Assembly: GCA_964036045.1 (NCBI GenBank) | Contig: OZ038378.1 | Location: 18,166,001 to 18,230,000 of the forward strand | Reading direction: 5' to 3' | Source: Eutreptiella sp. 'Long Island Sound 2002' | Taxonomy: Eukaryota > Protista > Euglenida | DNA length: 64,000 bases | In this document: positions 1-13,534 of the stretch, in pieces | How the letters are laid out: each line of letters begins with the position of its first letter | Position numbering within the stretch: position 1 is the first letter of the stretch | Made by a program: the position numbers and the translations under genes | The notes under the pieces: model-generated | The model's input: only the letters and a program-made list of their open reading frames with translations | Database searches by the model: none | What the model was told of the DNA's origin: nothing

Positions 1-236
1 TGCAGAGAAGGTAGCCAATCTGGGTTTCTGGATCCATGTACTGCCGATCTGGCTCCAGAAAACCCTTCAAAATGCTGAACGAACCCTCGGCTACAGTGGT
101 TGTGACAGGGAAAGGAATGATTGCGTGCTGCCCCAAAACCTGCAGACCTGTGAACTCAGCCGCATTAACCCAACACTTCAACATCTCAAACCTATCCACA
201 ACAGGCATCTCCTGCTTCCAGTACAAAGCCCCTGCC
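1..236 (-). mobile_element. hAT transposase C-terminal dimerisation domain remnant (degenerate)
   Basis: Manual minus-strand translation gives ALYWKQEMPVV...IIPFPVTTTVAEGSFSILKGFLEPDRQYMDPETQIGYLLC. This resembles the hAT dimerisation pattern (YW...P.TS...ERSFS.LK...R..M). In-frame stops lie just upstream. Confidence 0.6.
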
Positions 237-1249
237 TAGACTGCTGCAATTCACGACTCTATGTTTGAGTAGCAATCCCTCTGGTAGCACCAGAAGACTC
301 CATAAGAGACACTAAAGGCGGCTCCGGCCCAGATTCCACTGATGGTGTGGCTGATGATGTGGCACCCGAAGGCTCTGCTAGAGGCACCTGCAGCCCAGAA
401 TCCAGGGACAGTGACTGTGTGGCCAACGACGTGCTGCCTGACTGGGTGACTCGGCGCATGAAGAGCGAACCGGAGTGTGCAGGGCAAAAACACAGCTCCA
501 TCCATGTCAAAAGCATTGCGAAAACCATATCGCCAGGGAGTGACCAAGGCTGTAACACTCTTTGTATTATAGGTCATGACGTCATCTTCCCTTTTGTGTT
601 TGCATGTTTCCCGCATGTCAACTCCGTCTGGGTGGCCCTGTACTCCGTTTCTCATTGCAGACCCCAGTTTTTGACCCGTTCATCCACAGACACATTCTTT
701 GCATCCGTTTTACGGGCACCAGGCTGTCTTGGTTCTATAGGTTTGGTTCTCTTGGCAGGAGTAACATCAGTGTTACTGGAACGCTGGTAGTGTAGCAGGC
801 GATGTTGTTCTTGGTGTTGTTGTGGCAAACGAAGGGGATGGTGCAGCCTCCTCGGCCCATTTTTTCTTGCCTTGTACCGCTTGCAGAGGCAAATATTGGC
901 ATCAGCACAATTTGAGTGTGCGCACATATCAATTCTCCCCAGGCATGACAAAGGAATACTCCTGCATGCCAAGGACAAGGGCATGCAGAGGACAAAAAGG
1001 ATGCAGGACGGGTTGCAGGCAATGACCCTACCTGGGCTCAATGCATGTCTGACACCCCATGTCTTGACATATTTTGCACCCCCTCCCCCCACCAGGACCC
1101 TGGGACAGAGCTCTAGCCCTCCGTGAGACACATCCCTGCTCCGCCCACTTTTCGGACCTGGGAGCCACCTCCGCCTCACGACACAGCCGAGCACAGAAAC
1201 AACGGGTGGGCGTATGCAAGTGAGCAAAGACGGGCAGCGGTCAGGGTAC

Positions 1250-1533
1250 CTCCAGAGCAGCTTGTTTGAACGCCGCCACTTCGTCAAGGTCCTGCCCAAA
1301 CACGGACACGTGGCAAGTCGGGAGCTCTGTGGTGAACATGTGCTCCAGGTTTTGGCGGGCGATGCTGCTGTCGTCCAGGCACAAGATTCTCAACCCGTCA
1401 GGCACGAGCACAGACTGACGCTGGACGGTGTTGGTGACGCTGTCGGCAGCGTCCTCGGCGGGGACAGTGCGGGTGGAGAAATGGAGCTCGAAGAAGACCT
1501 CATTGCCACATTGCCACAGTCGCGCGACCATCC
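1250..1533 (-). CDS. Hybrid histidine kinase exon: end of HATPase domain and start of receiver (REC) domain
   Basis: Translation MVARLWQCGNEVFFELHF...GLRILCLDDSSIARQNLEHMF contains the REC beta1 acidic pair. Acceptor TTCCCTGCAG (AG at 1535-1534) and donor GAG|GTACCC (GT at 1249-1248). Phase matches the upstream exon (G+GG = Gly). Confidence 0.85.
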
Positions 1534-2851
1534 CTGCAGGGAACGTGGGCCCAGCCGGTTGGCACGCCATGGCCCCCAGGATCCATGAGCCACCGCAATT
1601 GCGTGCTCTCATGGGCGGGCGGTAGTTCAGCCCACTTCCAGACCCAAACCCCCACGGCGTGACCAGGGGTGGGGCCAAGGCAGCTTGGCCGCTTTGCGCC
1701 CGCAGCCTTTGGGTTGCAGGGGCAGGCCATTGCAAATTGGCAAAAACCGGGGGGGCTGAGGGGTGGGGTAGGTCAAGGGGTGGCCCAGCCACGCCCGGGG
1801 CTTTTGTGGCGTTTGGCGGTTTCACCGTTGTTCTCATGCATCATTCCATTGCCCAGGCAAATCAGCAATGCGCCAAATGCCAAGCGAGAGTACTTGAACA
1901 ACAAAGGCCACACATTTCGTCTGAAAAGCGTAACACCTGAGCAGAACCCCCTCACCGTCTGGGTGGGTGGATGAGCTGATCAACCCACCCCTACCCCAAG
2001 CGATGCATACACGTTCACAGTACCTGCACCGCCATCCCCCGCCACCACCGTCCCCCAGACATCCACCAAGATGTGGGGGGGAGGGGGGTGGGGGATAGTG
2101 TTGTAGGGGGGAAAAAGCAGTAAATCAGCGAGAACACGCTCCACGGGGATTGGCCACATGTAGGGCCGGGCGATCCCCATCCCCTAGACCCCCCAAACCT
2201 ACTCCAAAGGGGAGCAGCAGTTTTGCCAACAGGGGAATACGCGTCCGGCATCCATCAGGCTCATTGGCGCATCCGCTGGAAGGCCTTGTTCTGATTTTCA
2301 CTCACGGCGAATGGTCAATGTGGTTCACCCCCCGATTCGTGTGCGTTCAAAAGGCTCAGAACGAAACGGACGAGTCGAAAAATGACCCCCAAAACCCGAA
2401 AAAAAGATTTGGACCCCCTCCCCCCCCCAACCCCCCTAACGTCCAGCGCTCAGTCATGCACGCCTACCCCAACGAGCTGCCTGGACCGCCCAGGCCCACC
2501 CTCAGGGCACGACTGTCCCTCATCAAAGAACAACAGATCATATCCCGTTGCTTCACAGTCCAAAATGGGCGGGCCCGAGCGGCCAACAGACGAGCCACAG
2601 CGCCACGCAGCACGAGGACATGATATCATATGAACGGCCCTTGTTTTGCAGAGCATTCCCTGAAGCAACCGCCACCAACCGTCAACTGGTCGTCGGTGGA
2701 CCATCAACGGCCGGCGGTCAGGCAGTTCAGCGGCAGCAGCGCTTGGGGGCTCGGCTGTTGACCGCAGTCGGCGAGTAGCCGGACTTGCCTCCAGCAAACC
2801 AACAAAAGCTATCGACAAAGCCCCGTGCGGCGCCCCCTGCCCTGGGCATAC

Positions 2852-3554
2852 CCCCGGCCTTCGCCACCGTGCGGATGTGCTGCAGCCCCAGCCCATCGGA
2901 CAACGTGAGCCGCGATGCCGCCTTCAGCCGGGGCGAGTTCCCCTCGGAGGACCACTCAAACGGCAGGGGCTTGCGGTTAGGGTTCGCTTTGTTGATCACC
3001 GTGAACCGGACATCCACGGGGACGTTCTCGGGCAGGGCCTGTGAGCTGTCTCCCAGACGGGACGTGGAGGAACAAAAATCCGCGCGCGTGTCCGTCACCT
3101 CCACCTTCAGCCGGACGTTAGGGTCGCAGGGGCAGCCATGCCGGATCGCGTTGGTGATGGCGTTGTCCAGTACGATGCTGCACACCGTGGGGTCCAGCTC
3201 CACCGTGGCCTCCGCGCACACCAGGTCCACCTTCCGGCCTCGGACGAAGTCCTGGGCGAAGGTCTGCAGCGCCATCGCGGTCAGCGTCGTCTCGTAGCTG
3301 CCGTTCACGAGGCTCAGCATCGCCTCGCGCAGCTTGCACCACCACATGCCGCGGAAGAGGATGTCCGAGGCCTTCTTCAGCCGCTCGTCCCGGTCGGCGC
3401 CCCTGTTCTGCTGGCAGAAGAGCTCGATGCAGCCGATGGCGTCCGCCATCGTGTTCTTCAGGATGTGGTTCAGCACGCTGTCCGCCTTCTGCCCGTCCTT
3501 CTGGTTTTTGAGGTTCAGCGCTGCGGCCTCCCGCAGGTCGTCTGACAAGCGGAC
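2852..3554 (-). CDS. Hybrid histidine kinase exon: HisKA-like H-box and HATPase_c domain
   Basis: H-box-like VLNHILKNTMADA, N-box LDNAITNAIRHG, G2-like DGLGLQH. Strongly GC3-biased codons. Acceptor CGCGTAG|GTC (AG 3556-3555), donor GGGG|GTATGC (GT 2851-2850). Confidence 0.9.
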
Positions 3555-4912
3555 CTACGCGGTCAGAAAGACGGAGACATGGGTACGCAGCGCAAAGATG
3601 CACGGACACAGACGGGGTGACACCCACGAGGAAGGGCTCCGGCTTGCCTCACGGAAATGATGGTTTCAAAAAGGCTCCAAGGGGCTTGTGTGGTCTGCTG
3701 GACATGGTACTGTTTGCCAGTGCCCATCGCTCACCATACCCGTCCGGCCGAAAGCCAGTGCATTGTACGCATGGGATGCCCAGCTCCAAGGGCCAGTCTT
3801 GAGTACTCGGGTTGAACACTTTTGAGTCAGGAAGGCACTCGCTTGAACGCATTTTGGAGTCCAAATGAAAGGCCGAAAACTAGAAAGCCGGAAATGGTTG
3901 GATCCTGGTTCTGCAAAAAAGGTGCAATCTGGTGCTCCATGTGGTAGGCACTATCGGCAGCTCTGTCTACGCTTTGTTTCGTTCTGGTATGCCTCTAATG
4001 GAGCTAGGGTCAGCAGCCAATGCAGCTCCACTCCAATTCAGCTTTCAGTGCTGAGGATCAGGGCAGTGCCCCCAACCCCCGAGAAAAGTGTGCAGTCCCA
4101 ACGACGTCGGTTAGCCCATCACCGCCCCCCTGCGCTCGATAGGTCCACGCCCAAAGGGCCTCAAGCAGATGGTGGTAGCCCAATGCTCCGAACTCGTGCA
4201 GCGCCCAGCCTGCCGCTCTCAGTGTGTGCTCGTTTGTGTGTATGTTCCCGAGATACTTAGCGGTTGCGGTGTCCCTAGTGTCCTCGCCATGTGCATGCAC
4301 CTGCGCCGGTGGAGCGCGTGCGGGGGCCACCATGCAGCCTGGATCCAACCTCATCGAGCACATCCGAGGATCCGAGGGGGTCCGCCCGCCCCGAAGCCCA
4401 TGGAGATGTAGCTGCAGCCAGCCACCACCACCATCCGACAACCATTGCCAGCGCCGGTTCTGTGCCAGACATCCCGGCATCAGGGATTCCGTTAACCACG
4501 GGGGAGGGGGGGAGGGGGTTCTGAAGGCCCAACTACCCACCCACCGAAACCAAAAAAATTCCTCTCGGGAAAAAGGAAACTTTGAACAGGGCTTTGGAAA
4601 AATTCAAAAGCCCCCCCCCAGGGGGGGGGGGGGTTTGGAGCCCCTTTTCCAGACCCCCTCCCCTTGGGCATGGCGGTGCCTGTGCCAGAGACACGCTTTG
4701 GCATAGACAAAAACAAAGTGGCACACACAGCGACAGAAGACAAAAAGGCATACAGCCACAGCCACAGACACGGACATGCTGCCCAAAGGTGCGGGCACAG
4801 ATCACACGCGTGCAGAGGCCCAAGAACATGCTCAGGCACGGGCACAGGCACAGACATGGACACTAACTCACACAGAAAGACAGGACAGACACCGACACTG
4901 ACACAAACGAAC

Positions 4913-5506
4913 CTCCTGCTTCAGCGCCGACTGGAAAACATAGCTTGAGTGGATGAGTCGGGCTGTCCACAGCCCCGTGGCCACCAAACGGCACAGCCAT
5001 GCGGGGTAAATCCCAGGGGAGACGAATGGCCAAAGCGCGAACACCGCGGCTTGGACAATGCTCACCACACTGGTACACTTGATGCTGCTGCGGCACAGAA
5101 AAGTGGACTGCACGCAGTGCTGAAACATGATGACGAAGAGCGTGGCTGTGTCCAGGAAATCGAGGCCGGAGGTGCCAAACGCAAGGCCATACAGTGAACG
5201 GTACAGGGCGTTGGCACTGTCAGGGACGGCAGTGGTAAGACCGCAGGCATTCATGTCCCGGAGAAACGGCTGGTGCTCAACAATGCCTTCTTTGAACTGC
5301 GCCACGTGGCGGTCCCAGTGCCACATCACTTGGCATGTCATGAGGATCGAGCCCAATCCCATCAGGCAGGAGGCGTAGGGCCGGGCCCAGGGGACGAAGT
5401 GAATGGTCAGTACCGAACACGCCGGATAAATCAGCAGGAGCATGGCACACACTTCGGAAGGGGACGGGGCTTGTCTGAACTTGTGATGTAGTGCATCGGA
5501 CACAAC
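4913..5506 (-). CDS. Hybrid histidine kinase exon: N-terminal multi-pass membrane region
   Basis: Open frame with several hydrophobic segments. Acceptor TCGTACAG|GTT (AG 5508-5507) and donor CAGGAG|GTTCGT (GT 4912-4911). Joins in phase 0 to VRLSDDL of the next exon. Confidence 0.8.
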
Positions 5507-6229
5507 CTGTACGAATGACGCCAGGGGTGGACCTTTGTGTTGAGCTCAGACGTGTAACATGGGCAAGAACTTGTCACCAAAATCATATGCCTGTGCATTG
5601 CCCTCCCCCCCCCGAATTGCACAATACCCCAACACGTACGACCATGTTCCCCACCCCCCACCCCAGGGTTTTGCTTGAGCTGAGGAAGGAGGGTTCTGGT
5701 TCTGGTTCTGGATGACACCGAGCCCGGAGCCCTGTGCCTCGTGAGGCACACAGGGCCTAAGACGTTGGGCCTTAGGTTGGTGGTGCCACTCTTGGCCGCG
5801 TACAGCGCCACACGATCTCCCAGGACCAATCGGGGGCCCTCGCCGCCCATACCGGCGCATCTGTCCCATCGGCTCTGTCCGCTCGTCTCATGGGCAACTT
5901 CTATGCACCCCTTTCGACCTCGTCCCCGATCTGAGGGGGCACACCTGACCCGACATCTCTGCGGGGGGAAAAGAGGCGGCTCTATCGCCGATACTTGTCA
6001 CTTATCACCCACTGCCTCTTGCTCTCTGCAGCCTCCAAAATAAACGCGGCTCTTGTGTGCTGCAGGGATCGTACTGGTGACCTGCACCCACCCATCTGCT
6101 GTGGTACCCCAGAGATATTTCCTAGCCACTAGACTCTAGGCGAGCCTCTCTCTTGGCTCACCCACTCCTGTGCGGCCACCGACCGCTTAACTCCAGCCGC
6201 AACACCTGTTCCTCTTCGAATAAGCCCCT

Positions 6230-6845
6230 TGGTGCCATGCGGGCGTTCTTGGGGTCCTGGTCATCTGCAATGCGCCCTCAAGGCACCATGAGGGTGCTCT
6301 CGTAGCGCGAGGTCCTCTGCGGAGCGTCCTCACGGCGCCTTGCACATGCTCTCAGGGCGCCACATCATCTGCGGTGCACCTTCGCTGTGCCATGTGGGCG
6401 TCTCGGGGCGCTTGTGCGCCCTCATGGCGCCATGCGGGCACTCTTGAGGTGCCCAGTCATCTGTGTGTGAGCCCTTAGGGCGCTGCGGGTGCTCTCTTGT
6501 TGCTAGGTCATTTGCACCCTCCAGGCACCATACAGGTGCTCTAGGGGCACTAGGTCATATGCGCTGCACCCTCATGGCGCCTAGCAGGCGCCCTCCTGGC
6601 GCCACATCATATGTGGTGCCCCCTCAGGGCGCCATACAGGCGCTCTCGGCGACCAAGTCACCTGCGATGCACCTTCACAGTGCCATACAGGCGCTCTGGG
6701 GGCGCCTAGTCATCTACGGTGCACCCATAGGGCACCATGCGGGCACTATGCTCACGACGGGTCATCTGCATTGCACCCTTAAGGCACGATGCAGGCGCTC
6801 TTGGGAGGCCTGCTCATCCACGGTGTGTCCTTAGGGCGCCTCTAG
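6230..6845. repeat. Degenerate ~52-bp minisatellite, about 11 units
   Basis: The motif gtcatctgc...gcaccct...ggcgccat...ggcgctct recurs about every 52 bp (e.g. ~6260, 6312, 6364, 6657, 6709, 6761, 6813). Confidence 0.85.
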
Positions 6846-6849
6846 TTGG

Positions 6850-7120
6850 AGGTTGGATGGCGACCTTGCCCTTTTCACAAAATTTTGGAAGCAGCAACAT
6901 CATGTTGAGATGGGCAACAACAGTATTTATATGGTGCCCCGTCTTGCCCTATCCGGTGCCTCGAAAGGTGAAATACATAAGATGGGCCCTTGGGGGCAAC
7001 CACCCTAGTTCGGGTCAAGGTACCTCGGTCTCCCTGCTGGATGGCCCAACAACACGAGCTACGGGAAGGGGGCAAGCCTTGTCCTGCAGACATCCCTTGT
7101 TGCTTTTGGGCAATTACATC
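6850..7120 (+). mobile_element. Possible degenerate non-LTR reverse transcriptase fragment
   Basis: One frame reads ...GSRYLGLPAG..., similar to the RT domain-7 YLG motif. It contains stops and no other RT motif is seen. Confidence 0.25.
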
Positions 7121-7502
7121 AAGAGTGCCTAATTGGACCCAGTTAAGAGTGTGGGAGGTGTGGTTGGGTGCTCCATCTTGCGGAATGCTTAATAGGTCAT
7201 ACAGAAGACAAAGCGCGATGGGGCGGCGGAGAAGGAGCAAAGGAGCAGCGGGGAGCGGCGTGTGAAGCAGTGTGAAGCGCGTGAGGTGGTCCTTGGACGT
7301 GTGTGCGCAGGGCACTAAGAGCGTGGAGGAGCAGTGAGTGTAACTTGCATGTGCAAGCATGGCAGTACGGCAGTCGAAGGCATACCGGCAGGCAGCCGCA
7401 TTGGCGTGCCCTGGGCCTGTGCTCCGGCCACTAGGACACCCCCCCCCGTGCCATGTGCTGGCTTGCCACAAACCGCATTAACGAAATGCAGACTGGACAT
7501 GT

Positions 7503-7801
7503 AAGGGGGGGGGGGGGCACCCATTGTAGCGCACGCGCCGCAAAAAACACTGAGATTTAGCTATCTTAGTAGAGATCAAAGAGGCCAATGTGATTGGGCT
7601 CAATGAGCAATCTCTTGCTTTCTTGTGTTTGTTGTGTGTTGTGGTGAGGAAACCTAAATTGGCCCAAACTGAAGCTTTTGATTTGTTTTCTACCAACAGC
7701 ATGACGTTTCGGTGTGCCGAATAGGTCATTTTCCAACTGATTTTCTACGTGCTGGGTATTGGTTACATTTTGGCAGCGGGTGCCCCCCCCCCCCCCCCCT
7801 T
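7503..7801. mobile_element. MITE-like element with homopolymer-rich terminal inverted repeats
   Basis: Left end AAG(13)CACCC is the inverse of right end GGGTGC(17)TT. No clear TSD. Confidence 0.5.
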
Positions 7802-8594
7802 CCCCCTCCCTTGCAGCATGGGGGACCCTTCCCTCCTCCCCCTCAACCCTCCCTCGAGGACCGCCTCTTGGGGCCACGGACGAACGGCCCAAATAATGGG
7901 GGCATAGTGCTTGGCAGCCCTAAGGGCCAACCCGGCACAGTAGCAGGGGGGGGCAAGGTACCCTTTGTCAGCCTAGGGATGGGTTTGGGTGGTCATTTGG
8001 TGACAATACAAAATTTTCAGCACTCATGGGGACCCATGTAGTGGCCGCTGCGCCCATGTAGCCCGGGGCTCTTCGCCTCTATTCAACACGCCTTGCCGAA
8101 GGCAGAATTTACTTGTCGTCAAAAGTTACACTCACCAAATGGAAGAGGTAAGAAGCACACAACGACACACAAAAATCATGTTACACATCGTTTTTGAGCG
8201 TATTAGTGACAACATTGTGTAGGTGTGTGGCAATAGCACAAGAAATGGCATTGCAAGACCGGTGTGTTGCTTGGGCATTGACAGGGATGTGGCCATGATG
8301 ATCAACATCGTGGATCATGGGGCCTAATAGTTGGTCGGGTCTAGGAAAAAGGATCAGGTTGAAAAGGGGAGCTTCTTGGTCGGGCAATGGAACCAATAGG
8401 TTGTCACATTGCTCAATGCATATTCATGTGGCAATAGACAGCCGAAATACACAGTGCACCCTTGGTGTGTTTCTTGCCTTTATGTACAAAATATTGGTGT
8501 TTATTTCAACCTACCTCAACTGTAGATTAACCGGTGGCTAGGCCGGAAGAGCTATGATTTTCTTCCGCTATAAAGGGTTTTGCAAAGGTCGAAC

Positions 8595-9010
8595 TTTTGA
8601 AATTTTGCAAATGCCACTAAATACCTCAAACAACGGAAATTTTGGAGGTTTCAAGGGGCCCATGGCCCGGGCTGCATGGGCCTAGCAGCCATTACGCGGG
8701 TCCCTAAGGCTCTTAAATACCCCTCTTAACACCAAATGACCACCCATACCCCTCCCGGGGGTGGAAGAAGGGTTTTGGATAATGTCCAATTTTCGGAAAT
8801 TTTCAAGTGCCACTACATGACCAAAGCAACGGAAATTTGGGGCTTTCGGGGAGCCCATGGCCCGGGCTACATGGGCCTAGCGGCCACTATGTGGGTCCCT
8901 ATGGGTGCTTAAGTGACCATATTGTTAACAAATGACCACCCAAACCCATCCTGGGGGGACAAAAGAGTTTTGGAAGAAGTCAAAATTTTGAAAATTGTCA
9001 GGCGACACAT
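8595..9010. repeat. ~195-bp imperfect tandem repeat (2 units plus start of a third)
   Basis: aaatttt..a.tgccacta...caacggaaattt...gcccatggcccgggct.catgggcctagc.gcca at ~8595 and ~8790; partial restart at ~8985. Confidence 0.8.
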
Positions 9011-9254
9011 GCTAGCTTGAAAACGGTTAAGTTCTCACCGGCAAGGGCCAAAAGTGGGGGGTTGGGGGGTTCCCCGGAGTTCGGACCTAGGACCCCCAAG
9101 GGGTCCTTGTACAAGAAAAAAGTTGTTCAGGCCCCGGGTCCAAATCCACACACAGCAGCTGCAATACGCAAAAAAGGTACAAAAAAAAGCGGCACCCGGG
9201 TCTAAACAGGTGGGGGGGGTAGAGGCATCAAAAGTGAAAAATTCATAGGGGGAT

Positions 9255-9451
9255 CATTTTTGTCTCCCAAAATGATGTTTTACAAGGGGGTTGGACATCC
9301 GATATCACCCCACTAGGGTATGCTCCGTGAAGGACCCCAAAATAGGGCGGTATGGCGCCCACGCTTGCGCTTGATCTACCAACCTCTCTTTGAGGTGATT
9401 CTATTGCCTTGGGCAATTCCACCACGCAGAGAATCTGCCCCGAGCAATGAA
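9255..9451. repeat. Dispersed repeat family A (also 11122-11198, ~37130-37170, ~39595-39770, ~40140-40290)
   Basis: Shared segments atgattttacaagggg..ggacatcc and ttgatcta.caacctct...gaggtgattctattgcctt.ggcaa.tccacc.cgcagagaatct at all listed sites (some partial). Confidence 0.85.
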
Positions 9452-9569
9452 ACCCCCCCCCCGTGTCCAACGAACAATTCTGTCCTCAAAAAATACGGTC
9501 CGAACAGGTAGTGTTCGTTGGACACATTGTTCGGTGTGCACGACAATCTAGTGAAACGGTGGTAACACA

Positions 9570-9930
9570 TCCCTTGGCACAAGACACCCATCCCATTCAA
9601 AGCACAACATGATGGAGGCTTCCGCTTAGCACTTTTCAAAGTAGAAGCCCTTGCTGCGGTCCCGCTTCATGCAGAAAAATTGAACATGCTCCCCGGGCTT
9701 GGGGCTCTTCTTGGCACAGGTAGACGTGGCAGCCTGAACCGACTTCGGCACCTTGGGGACGGACAGATTTGATGGGACAACATTGTCAAATCTTGGGAGC
9801 AAGTACACGGTGTTCTCAAAAACATGGCACAAACCCACACCCCACGCCTTGCCTTGGCCCAAACCATGCCAGTCTGTCCATCATCGTCACTATCACAGTC
9901 ATCAACACCACTACTATCATCAGAGTCACC
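9570..9930 (-). pseudogene. Acidic tract plus unassigned C-terminal module (VWAKARRGVWG.CHVF...GEHVQFF..KRDRSKGF)
   Basis: Translation across one frameshift near 9835. Homologous peptide at 18780-19120. Confidence 0.55.
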
Positions 9931-10149
9931 TGAATCATCCGTGTCAGTTTGGGACCCATTGTCAGAGTCGGACTCGGGATTATGCTTGCGGAAAATTTTT
10001 GTGTCCTCCAATTGGGACAACTTCAAACCACTTGGAAAATAGGCCGTGCGGCATGCTTCGTGGATGGCATCATCCGCAATGGTTGCAAAAGCACACAAAA
10101 CCTAGTTTGCAACCTCTTTACGAGAGGGCCGAGGTACCGGCCCCTGCTT

Positions 10150-10895
<746 letters not shown>

Positions 10896-11519
10896 TCAGT
10901 CATAGGACACCTTTCCCTGACATCTTGCTCTATAATTTTGCCCACCATTACTACAAGGTACAGCACAATAGCCCCTCATTTCCCCAATCCTTTAGCCTGA
11001 GACCTGGGTTTTAAAGTCCGGTATCTAATTAAATCTCTAATTAATTAGGTCCCCAAAAAATACGGTCCGAACGGGAAGTGTTCGTTGGACACAGTGTTCG
11101 TTGGACACGGGGGGGGGGGGGTCTACCAACCTCTCTTTGAGGTGATTTTATTGCCTTGGGCAAGTCCACCTCGCAGAGAATCTGCCCCAAACAATGAACC
11201 TCCAAGTGGCTAATTTTGCAAGCATCCATGAGATCCATCCACATCATGGCTTTCCATAGCTTTATACATACTCCCATTGTCACCAAATAATCACCCAACA
11301 ACAGCCCAAGGGTCCTTGGCATTGTCGGAGGTCGCCAAGGGACCATTCTCCAGCCAACCCATGCATGCTGGCATGAAAATAGGGGAGCCAATCTGGAAAA
11401 CTTGGAGATAGCACCCGGGACTCCCGTCATTGGTTAGGTGGTCCATATCGAAGAAAAAAGTGGAATGGGACTAGGGTCTGAATCAATGCACAGTGGCGGC
11501 TTTAGGCCAACCAACTTTT

Positions 11520-11665
11520 GCCCACTATGGTGCAAACAACCCCAAAATGGCGCTTTTTGGGGCCAACAACCCCCACTAAGAGAGCCTAATTGGTGCTACA
11601 CGGCTCCCCATGGCTGTACAAGCACTCCCATTGTCACCAAATGATCACCCAACAACAGCCCAAGG
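11520..11665. repeat. Dispersed repeat family B (second copy ~12850-12995, partial ~11270-11310)
   Basis: Shared ggcgctttt..ggcca...cactaagag.gcc...ttggtgctaca.ggctcc..atggct.taca.gcac.cccattgtcaccaaat...ccaacaacagcccaag. Confidence 0.8.
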
Positions 11666-11894
11666 GTCCCCGGGGGTTGGTGGTGTCTCCCCAAAATCGC
11701 CATTTTTCAGCCAACCCATAATGGCCTGAAAACGGCGCAGTCCTCATTGGTGGGGCCCTATAAGGGGGGCTAGTCACCGAGCTGGGCTTACCCTGTCGAG
11801 GTTACAACCCTTCTTAGGGTCTAGGGTGAGCAACACATTTTAGCAGTAATAGCAAGTAGCAGCAAGCAACAAGCAGCAGCAAGCAGCAAGCAAC

Positions 11895-12650
11895 AGCAGC
11901 AGGCGGTGAAAAAGTGCTTGCGGGGGCATAGGGGCTCAAAACCGGCATCCAAGTAGGTCAAAACGACCGCGGAGCGAATGCGCATCATCACAAACAAATT
12001 TCGCTGCATTTCGAGCTGTCTAGCCTGTTCTATGGTCGATTTAGTGTCCAAAAAACGGCCGTTTTTGGGTTGTTTTTAGGAGGATCGCCTTGAAAACTCA
12101 CGACGATCACCGATGTGTCCGGTGTGTGTCTCTTATGAGCGCCGCTCCTCTTCCATAGCGATTGGGCTATCAAATTATTGCAAATGGGCGTTCAATGAGG
12201 TGTCTTGCATGCCATGGTGCCGTGCGGTGGTCCTCAAAACGAGCATTTTTGAGCCATGCTGCAGCAGCAGGCGCTGAAAAAGTCTAGCGGCTGCAACAAG
12301 CAGCAGGCAGTGAAAAAGTCCTTGCGGGGACATAGTGGCTCAAAAACGGCATCCAAGTAGGTCAAAACAACCGCCGAGCAAATGCGCATCACCACAAACA
12401 AGTTTTATGCCATTCCGAGCCGCCTAGCCTGTTCTATGGCCAATTTAGTGTCCAAAAAAGGCCGTTTTGGGGCTGTTTTCAGGACAATCGTCCTGAAAGT
12501 TCAGGACAATCACCGGTGTGTCAAGTGGGCATTTTCAACGAGGGCCGTTCTTCGTTGGTAGCAATTGGGCTATCAAAGGAATGCAAATCGGTGTTCAACA
12601 AGGCATGTACCATGCCGTGGTGCCACGCGGTGGTCCATTTTGAGGTGAAA
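11895..12650. repeat. ~400-bp imperfect tandem duplication
   Basis: gcagcaggc.gtgaaaaagt.cttgcgggg...ggcatccaagtaggtcaaaac at ~11895 and ~12300; attgggctatcaaa...tgcaaat.gg.gttcaa...ggtggtcc at ~12160 and ~12560. Confidence 0.85.
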
Positions 12651-13059
12651 ATGAGCCGTTTTTTGAGCCGTGTTTCAGGACGATCGTCTTGACCGTGGAG
12701 GAACACCTCCAAAGCAAGCGGTCTTTCTTCCACGGTGATCTCCAATGCGTTCAGCAAGAGTAGGACACAGCTCGGTCCTAGTCGTAAGTCTTGATCTGGG
12801 AAATTTGGAGATCGGCGCATGGTGGTGGCTATAGGCCAACCAACATTAGCCCACTACAATGCAAATAAGCTCAAAACGGCGCTTTTAAGGGCCATTAAAA
12901 CGCACTAAGAGGGCCCAGTTGGTGCTACATGGCTCCCTATGGCTTTACAGGCACCCCCATTGTCACCAAATGACCAGCCAACAACAGCCCAAGTGTTCCT
13001 AAGGACCGTCCAGGGTTGCCACAAAAGTACATTTTTCACCCAACATACATAGGCCACCT

Positions 13060-13320
13060 TTAGTGGAAACAGTCATTTCACATCTCTTACACGGCCATAA
13101 ACAGCCATAGGCGAGGCTAGAGGCTGCAAGAAATGTTCATTTGTATCCGAGTATGCGTATACTGTCACAACATCCTCAGTTGCACCCCTCAAAGTGGGTA
13201 CCACGGAGTTGATAAGGTCGCCAAAAACGCCGACATGGCAAAAGTGGCTGAAAACTGCATCAACTGCAAAACCACTGGTCCCACTCTGCCCACACAAACC
13301 CTATGGAGTCGGGACCCGAT
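13060..13320. repeat. Dispersed repeat family C (second copy ~39160-39420)
   Basis: Both copies share gtggaaacagtcatttc...ggctagag.ctgcaa...tatactgtcacaacatcc...cccctca.agtggg.accacgg...caaaccc.at.gagtcgggac. Confidence 0.85.
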
Positions 13321-13534
13321 TCAGTCATTTCCAAGACTGTGAAGTTCGGAGGGTGCTCTCCACCACAAAATGATGTGGGACATGTGACACACGGCCTGCA
13401 TGTTCTGGTTCACCAATTGTTGCCCATCGGTTGTGCACTGCATGACCAAGCATTTTGCCATTGGTTTTTTTTTTTTGGAAGGTGTCCTGGGGCTCCTCCT
13501 TGAAATTTTTGATTCCACAGCGTCACTGATGGAC

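Noticed and set aside
1534-4912. Euglenid-type non-conventional introns
   Set aside because: All junctions I could resolve are conventional GT-AG with consistent phase.
5546-5870. First exon of the histidine kinase
   Set aside because: Two frames are open and no motif or unambiguous donor distinguishes them; needs transcript data.
8280-8309. TnpB/Fanzor-like RuvC-III motif (DRDVAMMINI, plus strand)
   Set aside because: Isolated 10-aa resemblance with no preceding CxxC zinc ribbon, a stop just upstream and no RuvC-I/II motifs; likely chance.
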